64,000 nt of DNA from Candidatus Hadarchaeum sp. (GTDB lineage: Archaea > Hadarchaeota > Hadarchaeia > Hadarchaeales > Hadarchaeaceae), in contig DYTO01000003.1 of assembly GCA_020725895.1 (NCBI GenBank), forward strand, positions 17,355-81,354, in the 5' to 3' direction. Numbering within the stretch: position 1 is the stretch's first letter; every line of letters starts with the position of its first letter. A program made the position numbers and the translations under genes. Shown here one piece after another: positions 8,406 to 17,181 of the stretch. The notes beneath the pieces were generated by a model that was not told the DNA's origin, did not search any database, and worked only from the letters and a program-made list of their open reading frames with translations.

Positions 8406-9271
8406 CAGACCATCCTCTCCGCGAGCTGTTGCACGGGGCTCCTGTGGACACCGAGAGAAAGTTCCTTCGGCGGCACCCCGAACGAAAGCGCCAATAGCTC
8501 CATCAGGTGGAACACCGGCATTGAATATTTCTTCCCGTATTTCTTGAGCGACATCTGCCCTATCTCCATCTGGACGTTGCATGCGGGGCAGCAGACCACG
8601 ACTCCTTCAGTCCCCATCTGCTGGTAGGCCTCCATCTTCGGCATAAGGTTGCTATTCATCGAGTACTCCTCGTTGACGTGCGATGTCGGGAAGCCGCAGC
8701 ATATCTGATCCAGCTTGCTCCTGTTTATCTGGGCTCCTGTGGCCGCGACCAGGTCGGTGAGCTGGTTGGGTTTCCTCCACATGTCCTCGCCCTCGCTTGC
8801 CCTGAAAAGGTGACAGCCGTAGTGGACGGCCAGTTTCGCCTTTATAGGATTCTTGACGAGTTTTTTAATCTCGCTCACACCGATGTCGTCGCCCAGGACC
8901 TCTACGATGTGCCTGACCTTGTTCTTGCCCTCGTACGTTCTGCCTATCTTGGAGAGCACGCTGTTCACTTCCTTCCTTTGCTCCTTGTCCTCAAGGTCCT
9001 CCCTCGCCTCCCAGAGCGTCTCGTAACAGCCGTTGCACAGGACCACCGTGTCGAGGCCCTTCTTCTCGGCTATCGCAAGGTTCCTCGCTGAAATCGCGAG
9101 CGCGGTCTTCCTGTCCATGTACCTGCCGACGATCGGGTCGGGACAGCACGAGTATCCTTCCATTTCCACTATTTCCAAACCCAACTTCTCGAAGACCTTC
9201 CTTGTCGCTATCTCGACGCTCGGCAGCCTCTGCGGGATCATGCAACCCCAGAAAATGGCGTACTTCTTCAT
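8405..9271 (-). CDS. hdrB: Heterodisulfide reductase subunit B-like protein with two CCG domains
   Basis: Two Cx31-39CCx35-36CxxC units: GCM...SCCPDP...CNGC and GCH...ICCGFP...VVCCPAC. Start taken at the internal ATG (MKKYAIFWGCM), which forms an ATGA overlap with the upstream gene. Confidence 0.75.
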   Translation of the reverse strand: MKKYAIFWGCMIPQRLPSVEIATRKVFEKLGLEIVEMEGYSCCPDPIVGRYMDRKTALAISARNLAIAEKKGLDTVVLCNGCYETLWEAREDLEDKEQRKEVNSVLSKIGRTYEGKNKVRHIVEVLGDDIGVSEIKKLVKNPIKAKLAVHYGCHLFRASEGEDMWRKPNQLTDLVAATGAQINRSKLDQICCGFPTSHVNEEYSMNSNLMPKMEAYQQMGTEGVVVCCPACNVQMEIGQMSLKKYGKKYSMPVFHLMELLALSFGVPPKELSLGVHRSPVQQLAERMV

Positions 9272-9933
9272 TTCCTCACACCTCTGAGCTTCCTGCGCTC
9301 GGGGTCGTAGCCGCCGCGCTGCACGAAACCCGACTGTTCGATCAGCTGGTGAACTTCCTTCATCTGAGATTCTATCGAGTAGCTCAGCGGAGGCTGCGAT
9401 GCGAGTCCCGCCTCTTCGCGCTTCCTTTGCATCAGCGGCGTGAGGGGTGCCGTGGCGCCGACTGTTGCGATCGATTCGGCGACCGGGGCAACGACGTCCG
9501 GCAATCTCTTGAAAGGCTTGGCGAGCGGGAATTTCCCCTCCTCCCAGTCCTTCTTCAGGACGAGGTGCGTCTGGTTGGGGCTGTTCCTGAACCTTGCGCC
9601 GACGAGCTCCGCGGCCTCCCTTTCGGCCCATTCGGTGCCCGGGATGATGTCGGCGATGCTGTCGATTTCGGGAGCCTCCTTCGGCAACTTGGTCTTCAGC
9701 ACCAGAAGCCTTCCGGCGAGGTCAACGTGGTAAAGCAGCTCTATGTCCAGCCCGGAATCGAGGGCGGCGATGATTATGAACCTCACGTCGTTCCTGACTA
9801 GGGCGCTCGCGGCGTCCCTGATCCCCTCCGGCTTTATCTCGGCCAAGACTTTCCTTTCCCTCTCTATCTTCGCGCTGAGCAGCATTTCGGACAATGTCTT
9901 CTTCAAGAGATCGATTATTTGGTTTTCCTGCAT
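9268..9933 (-). CDS. NuoC-like (30 kDa, hydrogenase subunit C family) protein with a ~80-aa C-terminal extension
   Basis: NuoC-like region IIAALDSG...HVDLAGRLLVLKTKLPKE.PEIDSIADIIPGTEWAEREAAELVGARF; translationally coupled to neighbours on both sides. Confidence 0.6.
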   Translation of the reverse strand: MQENQIIDLLKKTLSEMLLSAKIERERKVLAEIKPEGIRDAASALVRNDVRFIIIAALDSGLDIELLYHVDLAGRLLVLKTKLPKEAPEIDSIADIIPGTEWAEREAAELVGARFRNSPNQTHLVLKKDWEEGKFPLAKPFKRLPDVVAPVAESIATVGATAPLTPLMQRKREEAGLASQPPLSYSIESQMKEVHQLIEQSGFVQRGGYDPERRKLRGVRK

Positions 9934-10410
9934 TCACTTCCCTCCCAGGTAAAGTCTTTTCGCGAGCTCCATGGCTTCCGCCCGCGTGCCTACGCGGATG
10001 GCCTGCGGCGAGCAGAACCTCGCGCAGTTAGGGCTGCCATCGCAGAAGTTGCACTTGTTGGCGGCGCGCCTGTCCTCCTCGAACCAGGCGGCCATCAGGG
10101 GGCAGGCGTACGTGCAAGAGCAGCAGCCTATGCATTTCATCTGGTTCAGGGTGACCCAGCCCGTCTCGTCGTCCTTCGAAATCGCGTCGACCGGACAGGC
10201 GTTCAGGCAAACTGGATTGGCGCAGTGCAGGCAGTTGATCGCCTCGCGGTCGAAATTTTTCGGGTCCACGAAAATCCTGATGTGGCTCTTGTCCAACTCC
10301 AGGGTTCCAAAATTCCGGTTGGCGCAAGCCATCTCGCAGCACTTGCATCCGGTGCAGCGCTCCGGGTCGTATATCAGGACGCGTTGCTGTGAAATATCTT
10401 CGATTTTCAT
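9934..10410 (-). CDS. Ferredoxin with four predicted [4Fe-4S] clusters (HycB/HydN/DmsB-like electron transfer subunit)
   Basis: Four Cys motifs: CTGCKCCEMAC, CLHCANPVCLNACP, CIGCCSCTYACP, CNFCDGSPNCARFCSP. First gene of the operon. Confidence 0.8.
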   Translation of the reverse strand: MKIEDISQQRVLIYDPERCTGCKCCEMACANRNFGTLELDKSHIRIFVDPKNFDREAINCLHCANPVCLNACPVDAISKDDETGWVTLNQMKCIGCCSCTYACPLMAAWFEEDRRAANKCNFCDGSPNCARFCSPQAIRVGTRAEAMELAKRLYLGGK

Positions 10411-10452
10411 CTTTGTAAGTTACAAACAACTTATTATAACACTTTTGATTGC

Positions 10453-10830
10453 TTGTCGAGTCGCCCGAGGGGCTGGCTTTTGCTGGGCTGCCGCAACGTT
10501 TTAATAGTACGTAGTCACATTACGTATTATGAAAAAAGGGGAAACGATGTGAGGAGACCCTGTGAAAAAACTTGGCGGGAAATCCTTGAATGGGCCTGGG
10601 AAAGCGGTGCGGAGGAGTTCACCCACAACACTCTTCTGAGAGAGGGGATCGTCCACTACAAGGGAAACAAAAGAAACCAGACCAACTCGGCCACGTCATC
10701 CCTGCGCCAGATGTGGAAGGCGGGTCTCCTGATGCGCCCGGTCGCTGGGAAGGGCCGGAAGGCAAGCATCTACTCCCCCATATCACGCGAGGAGTACAGA
10801 CAAAAACTGATGCAAGTTCTTTATTTTTGA
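10453..10830 (+). CDS. Hypothetical protein; true start uncertain (possibly the GTG at 10549)
   Basis: ORF only; an upstream GAGGAG RBS-like element at 10552-10557 does not fit this frame. Confidence 0.3.
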   Translation: MSSRPRGWLLLGCRNVLIVRSHITYYEKRGNDVRRPCEKTWREILEWAWESGAEEFTHNTLLREGIVHYKGNKRNQTNSATSSLRQMWKAGLLMRPVAGKGRKASIYSPISREEYRQKLMQVLYF

Positions 10831-10840
10831 ACCGCGCCGC

Positions 10841-11575
10841 TCACAATTGCAACCCGAACAACTCGATTGCGTTCTTGGTCGTGGCCTCGGCGACCTCCTC
10901 ATCTGGGATTCCCTTCAATTTCGAAACGGCCGACAAAGTCTTCAATACGTCGATTGGCCTTGAAACGTGATCGCGATAACGCACGGGCGTGTCCGTCTCG
11001 AGCAGAAGACGGTCAAGAGGAACCTCCCTTATCGCCTGCCTGTGATACTCGCTGTACTCCGCCGCCGGCGAGGCAGAAACGTGGCATCCGAGGTCGAGGA
11101 CGCCCCTGAGGACATCGAGCGGCCCGCTGTACCAGTGAAAAACGATTCTTTTCAACCCTCTCTGCTTGACCATCTCGAAAGCCTCCTTCCAGGCCCACCT
11201 CGTGTGCATGATTACTGGCTTTTCGCTCCGCTGCGCAATTTCCAGTATTTTTTCCAGCGCCGAAACCTGCAGGTTCCTGTCCTTGTCGTACTTGAAATCT
11301 ATCCCGACCTCGCCCAGCGCGACGCACTTCCCAATGTTCTCCTCGATGAATTCGATGTCGCGTGAAAAATCATCTTTCAGGTTCCAAGGATGGAGGCCGA
11401 GCGCGGGGAAAACGAAATTTTTGTGCGATGCCGCGAGTTCCAGCGCCCTTTTGTTAGACCCGGTTTCGGAACCGACGGCGATGACTGCGGCCACTCCCGC
11501 CTCTCTCGCTTTTCCGAGGTCGTTGTCAATATCCTGGATTCCCTCCAGATGGGCATGGCCGTCTATCACTCTCAT
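10841..11575 (-). CDS. tatD: TatD-family metal-dependent hydrolase (DNase)
   Basis: DGHAHLE start and TIM-barrel hydrolase His/Asp motifs, 244 aa. Confidence 0.75.
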   Translation of the reverse strand: MRVIDGHAHLEGIQDIDNDLGKAREAGVAAVIAVGSETGSNKRALELAASHKNFVFPALGLHPWNLKDDFSRDIEFIEENIGKCVALGEVGIDFKYDKDRNLQVSALEKILEIAQRSEKPVIMHTRWAWKEAFEMVKQRGLKRIVFHWYSGPLDVLRGVLDLGCHVSASPAAEYSEYHRQAIREVPLDRLLLETDTPVRYRDHVSRPIDVLKTLSAVSKLKGIPDEEVAEATTKNAIELFGLQL

Positions 11576-12252
11576 GTCTGCGCCCTGGCCAGTCTCTTGT
11601 CGAGCTCGATTGGAGAAATGATTTTCTTCGTCTTCTTGTCTATCGCCCGCATTGTGTCCCCGTGGATCGCGTCGATTATCACCAATTCCCCGCCTATCTT
11701 CCCGAACTCGACTTTCAGGTCAACCAACTTCAGGCCGATCCTGCCCAAAAATATCCCCAACACCTCGCCGACCCTCTTCGCCTTCCTCTCCATGGTCTCT
11801 ATCTCCTTCTTGTCGGCGATCTCGATCTTCATTATCGCCGCGTCCGTTATCGGAGGGTCGCCCAGAGCGTCGCTCTTCAAAGTGAACTCCACGACGCCGA
11901 GGTCCGACAGCGGGTCGACGAGCCCGCGATACCTGCGCAAAAAGCTCCCGTACGCCAGCTCGCGGTATATCACTTCGAGGTCTATCCTTTCGGCGGGCAG
12001 TATCTCGATCTCGTTTTCAGAGACCTTCTTCACATAGTGGGTCTCGACCCTGGATTTTTTCAGGACTTGGAAAATATTGGCGGCCGCGGCAGTGGCGATT
12101 TTTCCCTTTCCGGGGGACCTCCCGACCACGAAATCCCCTCCCGGGTCGACCCGGTGGTCTATGTCTCCGAGCACAGTGTCCTTGAAATGGAGGAAGAACT
12201 TCTTCTCCTCCTTGACCAGCTTTTTCGTCTTCCCGTCGTATATCACACCCAT
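11572..12252 (-). CDS. purC: Phosphoribosylaminoimidazole-succinocarboxamide synthase (SAICAR synthetase)
   Basis: 226 aa with N-terminal YDGKTKKL and overall PurC-like sequence. Confidence 0.75.
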   Translation of the reverse strand: MGVIYDGKTKKLVKEEKKFFLHFKDTVLGDIDHRVDPGGDFVVGRSPGKGKIATAAAANIFQVLKKSRVETHYVKKVSENEIEILPAERIDLEVIYRELAYGSFLRRYRGLVDPLSDLGVVEFTLKSDALGDPPITDAAIMKIEIADKKEIETMERKAKRVGEVLGIFLGRIGLKLVDLKVEFGKIGGELVIIDAIHGDTMRAIDKKTKKIISPIELDKRLARAQT

Positions 12253-12333
12253 TCTTATCCAATCAAAAATTGCGCGTTCGAGTTAATTAAACGTGAGGTG
12301 TTAGCCGTGCTGCTGCATTTGATTTGATTGATT

Positions 12334-13014
12334 TTATTCGTCTATTACATACCCAAAAAGATATGCGCTTATAGGCCCGGTCAGTGATAAAGAGTTTTTG
12401 CCATATATAAGCAATTCAATTCGATCATTCTCATCCCACCAATTACCGGGTGCTGCGTTGTCAAAGCTAGCCGGAGAAATTACATTATCTACCATGTCAA
12501 TCGGGTCTGTTGTTGGCCACATTTCAATTAGAATATTATCGTATTTAGTAACACGTCCTAATCTATTTGTTGGGACAAAAATTTTTATATAAATATTATC
12601 ATTCCAGTCTTCCGAGATATATGTCCCTTTCGCGTAAATCACGCCATCGCACTCTATATTTTCGCCGTAATTTGCTTCGGTCTTTCCGGAGTTTTCCCTG
12701 ATATTTATCGGCGGCGTGCTCCAACAACCAAAGTTATTTCCCAAATTTTCAACGATTAGCATTTCGATTACCATTGGATTATCTTCATTCAAGATATCTT
12801 CCAAGTAGCCACGATCTACATTTACGGTGATCGAAATCTTTCCATTTTTAAAATTGTCTGTAATCCCAAAATCTTTATCATAGATTATTCCATCTGTAGA
12901 CCCCGATATATGTCCGCTAGGCCGTACTTCTCTCACCAAACCAAAATACGCTGCAATAATTATGACCAAAACTATGGCGGAAATGATAGATATTTTTTTA
13001 AACAACAGAAACAC
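12334..13014 (-). CDS. Low-GC hypothetical protein with N-terminal TM anchor. An upstream 44-aa ORF (13155-13024) is in the same frame, separated only by TGA (13021-13023)
   Basis: Region is markedly AT-rich versus flanks. Upstream peptide MDGHKIVSIIITVIFIASAAPPFSSAASSAGLPPTNIFQSSVVC has a strong GGAGGA RBS, and its hydrophobic segment resembles that of the downstream protein. Confidence 0.5.
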   Translation of the reverse strand: MFLLFKKISIISAIVLVIIIAAYFGLVREVRPSGHISGSTDGIIYDKDFGITDNFKNGKISITVNVDRGYLEDILNEDNPMVIEMLIVENLGNNFGCWSTPPINIRENSGKTEANYGENIECDGVIYAKGTYISEDWNDNIYIKIFVPTNRLGRVTKYDNILIEMWPTTDPIDMVDNVISPASFDNAAPGNWWDENDRIELLIYGKNSLSLTGPISAYLFGYVIDE

Positions 13015-13264
13015 CTTTTCTCAACATACTACTGAACTTTGGAAAATGTTCGTCGGGGGCAGGCCGGCGGAGCTCGCGGCCGATGAAAACGGGGGTGCCG
13101 CGGAAGCGATGAAAATTACCGTTATAATTATTGATACGATTTTGTGCCCGTCCATCACACATTCCTCCAGATGTTCTTTCGCCCCCCACTGCTTTTAAGT
13201 TTTCCTTTTTTGTAAAAAACCCGCCAACATCAACCTTTAAAAGAGATGCGGAATTGTATTCTAG

Positions 13265-14326
13265 GTGAATAAAATGGAGATGCCTAAATACGTCGGTTCA
13301 ATGAGGTGGAAGGACTTTCTAAACACCCAGGACTACACCCAGGAAGAGTTGACGCAGATCCTGGACGCGGCCGACGACTTGAAGAAAAAGTTCAAGAACC
13401 GCGAGCCGACACCTTACCTCCCCGGAAGGACTCTTTTCATGATATTCTACAACAGGTCGCTGAGGACGAGGAACTCCTTCGAGGCCGGGGTTTACCAGCT
13501 CGGCGGACACGCACACTTCCTCAGTCCGCAGGACCTGTACACGCCGACCCTGCCAGAGGACATGGTCCCGTACGCGACAGAGTCGATCGCGGACGTCGCG
13601 AGGGTCCTGAGCAGGATGGGCGACGCGATAGCGATCAGGATCTACGGTGACGCCGCGAAGTGGACGATCGGGCGCGGGCACCGAGTCATGCAGGAATTCG
13701 CGAAATGGGCCGAGGTGCCTGTCCTGAACATGGAGGACGACCTCTACCACCCGTTCCAGGCGATGGCGGACATCATGGCCGCGCGCGAGGCCGAGCGAAA
13801 CCTCCAGGGAAAGAAATTCGTCGTGTCTTACGCTTACTCGGGCGGGCTGAAGCCCCTAGCCGTCCCGCAGAGCGAGGTCCTAGTCACGACCCAGTTCGGG
13901 ATGGACGTCGTCCTGGCGCACCCGAAGGGATTCGAGCTCGAGGACAACGTGATTCAGGCTGCGAAGGAGAACGCAGACAGGTACGGCGGGAGCTTCGAGG
14001 TCTCATATGACATGAAGGAGGCTTTCGAAGGCGCGAACTTTGTCTATCCGAAAGCATGGTCACCGAAGCAGTTCATGCCGCCATACAACGCGACAGTCGA
14101 CAAGGAAAGCGCGACGAAACACCAGGACAAGTACAAGAGTTGGCTCACGGACATGGGGATGATCGACGTCACTGACAAGGCATACTACATGCACTGCGGG
14201 CCCGCTGACCGCGGCCAGGAAGTCACTGACGAGGTAATAGATAAGTACAAGTGCTCGCTATACTTCGAAGAGGCAGAGAACAGGCTGCACGCCCAGAAAG
14301 CAGTAATGGCCATGTTCATGCCTTGA
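13265..14326 (+). CDS. Carbamoyltransferase family protein (OTC/ATC fold), specificity unclear; possibly YgeW- or putrescine-carbamoyltransferase-like
   Basis: SLRTRNSFEAG (for STRTR) and MHCGPADRGQEV (for HCLPxxRGxEV). At 353 aa it is longer than a typical OTC. Confidence 0.6.
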   Translation: MNKMEMPKYVGSMRWKDFLNTQDYTQEELTQILDAADDLKKKFKNREPTPYLPGRTLFMIFYNRSLRTRNSFEAGVYQLGGHAHFLSPQDLYTPTLPEDMVPYATESIADVARVLSRMGDAIAIRIYGDAAKWTIGRGHRVMQEFAKWAEVPVLNMEDDLYHPFQAMADIMAAREAERNLQGKKFVVSYAYSGGLKPLAVPQSEVLVTTQFGMDVVLAHPKGFELEDNVIQAAKENADRYGGSFEVSYDMKEAFEGANFVYPKAWSPKQFMPPYNATVDKESATKHQDKYKSWLTDMGMIDVTDKAYYMHCGPADRGQEVTDEVIDKYKCSLYFEEAENRLHAQKAVMAMFMP

Positions 14327-14402
14327 AAACTAAAAATCTAGACCCTTTCACCATTAACCCGGATAAAAAATAAAATAAAGAAAAAAATTATTGCGTCTTT
14401 AT

Positions 14403-14825
14403 TCACGCTTTGCTTCCGAATTTATCCCAGAAAATACCTACTAGGGCGCCCCAAAGCAAAGAAGTGATCAGGCTGATAGCTGCGTATGTTGGATACTGAG
14501 CAATCGTGCCGTAGTTGAGAGCAACGCTGAAAACTAGCCACATGACTATCGACAGTATCATTCCTTTCACTATGCTGCTGCCTGGAAGCGATCCGTAGGC
14601 TGCCGCATAAATCGCTCCGAATATAAGTCCACTGAAAATCCCGCCGATAATCCCAACAATTGCGAATACTGTCATTGCAAGCCCTGTGCTGCCCAAAGCG
14701 CCCATCGTTGCCCAAAAGCCAGGCAATAGTGTTTCTGCCATCGCTGCTATCACTGCAATCAAAATTACTCCTTCGATAACCCCTGCAAGAATTCCTGCTT
14801 TGATTCCCTTTCCAAATTCTGCCAT
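14403..14825 (-). CDS. Small multi-pass membrane protein (Gly/Ala-rich TM segments)
   Basis: 140 aa, almost entirely hydrophobic helices; divergent from the next gene. Confidence 0.5.
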   Translation of the reverse strand: MAEFGKGIKAGILAGVIEGVILIAVIAAMAETLLPGFWATMGALGSTGLAMTVFAIVGIIGGIFSGLIFGAIYAAAYGSLPGSSIVKGMILSIVMWLVFSVALNYGTIAQYPTYAAISLITSLLWGALVGIFWDKFGSKA

Positions 14826-14897
14826 AACACACCTCCAAAAATACTGTGAAACGTTTTATAAATACCTCGCCTATATTTAAACTATGGGAGTTGAAGA

Positions 14898-15905
14898 ATG
14901 CAAAAAATACTGATACTGTTGGGAATCCTTGCGATAATTGGTGGTGTCGCTCTTTATTTAGTCGCCGACAGATACCCTGTCGAAACCAAGAATTTGCTGG
15001 GTTCTACGATAACTGTGCCCAACCCGCACTTGCAAATGGCCGGAGTAATTTCGGGTGCGCTGAGCGCTTTAATGATAATTCTGGGTTTTGCTTTGAAAGA
15101 AAAAACCGAAGTTAAGGCGATTTCCGCTGCGCAAAAGGATACAAAAAACGACGAGGTAAATATCATAAAGATCATTATAAAATCGTTTAAATCGCTGATC
15201 GAAGATCCCACTTATATTTTAATTTACTCAATTTCCTTTGCAATTTCTCTTATTTTTTACATTTATCTTTGGGTAACATACGGATCTCTTATTCCATGGA
15301 CTGGAGTTACGACAAGCGCAGAGCTCAAAAGTCTGTTTATTAGTTTGATTATCCCGATTGTGCTCTACTTTGTTGCGCAATCCGTTATCTCGTTGTGGAT
15401 AACAGCGGCGATAACTTTGAAGGTTAACGCCAAAGAGAAAAATAAAAATATGGGCGCTGGGGCGTGCCTTTCTGAAGGTATTAGGTATTTCCCAAATTTG
15501 TTTGTAGCGGGGTTATTGTTGGTGGCAATCGTTGCGGGACCGATATTGATGTCGGCGTTAATTGCGGTAGTTGTTCCTTCACTTTGGGTTTTTGTCGCTC
15601 TAATGACAGTAATGTGGATGCTCCCTCTTTTCTACATCGGCGTCAGATTGTCGCTTTTCATTCAAGTCTGTGTACTCGATGAATCGGGACCTGTGGATGG
15701 AATAAAAGAATGCTGGCGATTAAGCAAGGGAAATTTCTGGATTATTTTTGTGACAATAATTTTGATATCAGTGCCGGCGTTGATCCTAAACCAGATCCCA
15801 CAGATAGGCATGATAATCTCCACAATTGTAGTCGGTCCACCAAGCACGATCGCATTGGTCTTGCTATATCTGGGAATTAAAAAAGTAAAACCATCAAAGA
15901 GTTAA
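14898..15905 (+). CDS. Polytopic membrane protein, low-GC gene
   Basis: 335 aa, multiple TM segments; AT-rich compared with the genome. Confidence 0.5.
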   Translation: MQKILILLGILAIIGGVALYLVADRYPVETKNLLGSTITVPNPHLQMAGVISGALSALMIILGFALKEKTEVKAISAAQKDTKNDEVNIIKIIIKSFKSLIEDPTYILIYSISFAISLIFYIYLWVTYGSLIPWTGVTTSAELKSLFISLIIPIVLYFVAQSVISLWITAAITLKVNAKEKNKNMGAGACLSEGIRYFPNLFVAGLLLVAIVAGPILMSALIAVVVPSLWVFVALMTVMWMLPLFYIGVRLSLFIQVCVLDESGPVDGIKECWRLSKGNFWIIFVTIILISVPALILNQIPQIGMIISTIVVGPPSTIALVLLYLGIKKVKPSKS

Positions 15906-15929
15906 AGAGAACAAACTGTTTGGGAAATT

Positions 15930-17162
15930 TCACAATAATCTTTCTATACTCTTCACGTCTGGGCTGATTACAATCGGCTTGTCAGAAATCTTCAGCGCCG
16001 TTTTCGTGTCCTTCAACCCGCCGCCCGTTACTTGTAGAACAACGATGTCTGATTTGTCTATAATTCCTTCCGCGACCAGTTTCTCGAGCCCGGCCAACCC
16101 TGCCGCCCCGGATGGCTCTGCGAAAACCCCCTCCCGCCTCGCAAGCTTCTTCTCGGCTTCTAGGATCTCGTCGTCTGTGACCGCGATTGCCGTCCCGCCC
16201 GACTTCCTGATCGCGTTCAGGGCCGTGTCCGCATCCCATGGGAATGGATCGACAAGCCCGCCCGCAATAGTCTGCGGGTTCGGCCAAGTCTCGATTTTCT
16301 CTACCGGAATATTTTCCCTCACGGCTTTTGCAATCGGCGCGCAACCGGTTGCCTGAACGGCGACAATCTTCGGGACTTTTTCAACCAAGCCCATCTGCTC
16401 AAACTCGAAGTAACCTTTCGCGCACCCAGACAGCAGTGTCCCCGCGCCGACCGTGATGACCACCCAATCGGGCACCTTCCACTTGAGCTGCTCGCACACC
16501 TCGTAAGAAATAGTCTTCGCGCCCTCCCAGTGGTAGGGGTTGAAAGCGCCTGCGCTCGGCAGAGGGCTCCATCCGAACTTCTTCCACCCGGCGAGCATCA
16601 ACTCGTAAGTCGGGTCACCCTTCTCCTTCCCGAGGACCTTGACGACCTTCGCGCCGTGCATCGAGATCTGAGCGACCTTGCTCTCCGGAGCCTTCGCCGG
16701 GACAAAAGCGTAACACTTGAGGCCGGCCTTCGCAGCGTAAGCCGCCAGCGCCACCGCCGCGTTCCCGCTGGACGCCGTCACCACGACCTTCGCCCCGAAC
16801 TCCACAGCCTTCGAAACGCCGACGCTCATCATCCTGTCCTTGAAGGAGGATGTCGGGTTCCTAGTCTCATCCTTCAGATAAAGAGTCTTCAGCCCGATTT
16901 CCTTTCCAATGTTCTCCGCACGGATGACCGGTGTGCCGCCCTCGCCAAGACTAACAATATTTTTCCTTTCGGCAATGGGCAGTAACTCCTGATATTTCCA
17001 GACGCCGCCATCCCGTTTCTCAAGGCTTTTCCTAGTGACCTTCTTCGAAATCCCCCCGTAATCATAAACGACCTCTATCTTCCCCCCGCACTTCTCGCAA
17101 ACGTAAAGTCCCTTCTTCGGGGGGTGCTCGTGGCCACATTTCAAACAGCGGAGCGCAAGCAC
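15930..17162 (-). CDS. thrC: Threonine synthase with N-terminal Cys4 zinc ribbon
   Basis: PLP-enzyme motif SFKDR (lysine), Gly-rich loops, 410 aa, N-terminal CxxC...CxxC. Confidence 0.8.
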   Translation of the reverse strand: MLALRCLKCGHEHPPKKGLYVCEKCGGKIEVVYDYGGISKKVTRKSLEKRDGGVWKYQELLPIAERKNIVSLGEGGTPVIRAENIGKEIGLKTLYLKDETRNPTSSFKDRMMSVGVSKAVEFGAKVVVTASSGNAAVALAAYAAKAGLKCYAFVPAKAPESKVAQISMHGAKVVKVLGKEKGDPTYELMLAGWKKFGWSPLPSAGAFNPYHWEGAKTISYEVCEQLKWKVPDWVVITVGAGTLLSGCAKGYFEFEQMGLVEKVPKIVAVQATGCAPIAKAVRENIPVEKIETWPNPQTIAGGLVDPFPWDADTALNAIRKSGGTAIAVTDDEILEAEKKLARREGVFAEPSGAAGLAGLEKLVAEGIIDKSDIVVLQVTGGGLKDTKTALKISDKPIVISPDVKSIERLL

Positions 17163-17181
17163 GAACAGAAAAACAGCCCCT

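Noticed and set aside
7044-8627. ORFs 7044-7829 + and 7842-8627 + antisense to the hydrogenase large subunit
   Set aside because: These are antisense to a gene with an unmistakable NiFe large-subunit signature, and their translations are Arg/Pro-rich junk
8405-10410. Interpreting the HdrB-like gene as part of a canonical HdrABC or HdrDE locus
   Set aside because: No HdrA (FAD/NAD-binding, ~650 aa) and no HdrC- or HdrE-like gene is adjacent; the neighbours are NuoC- and NuoD-like hydrogenase subunits
10590-10970. ORF 10590-10970 + overlapping the start of tatD
   Set aside because: Out-of-frame overlap with a conserved gene; no motif and composition-driven
13021-13023. TGA in the membrane-protein reading frame as selenocysteine
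   Set aside because: No SECIS-like hairpin was recognised nearby and the context (..VVC*EK..) is not a known selenoprotein motif
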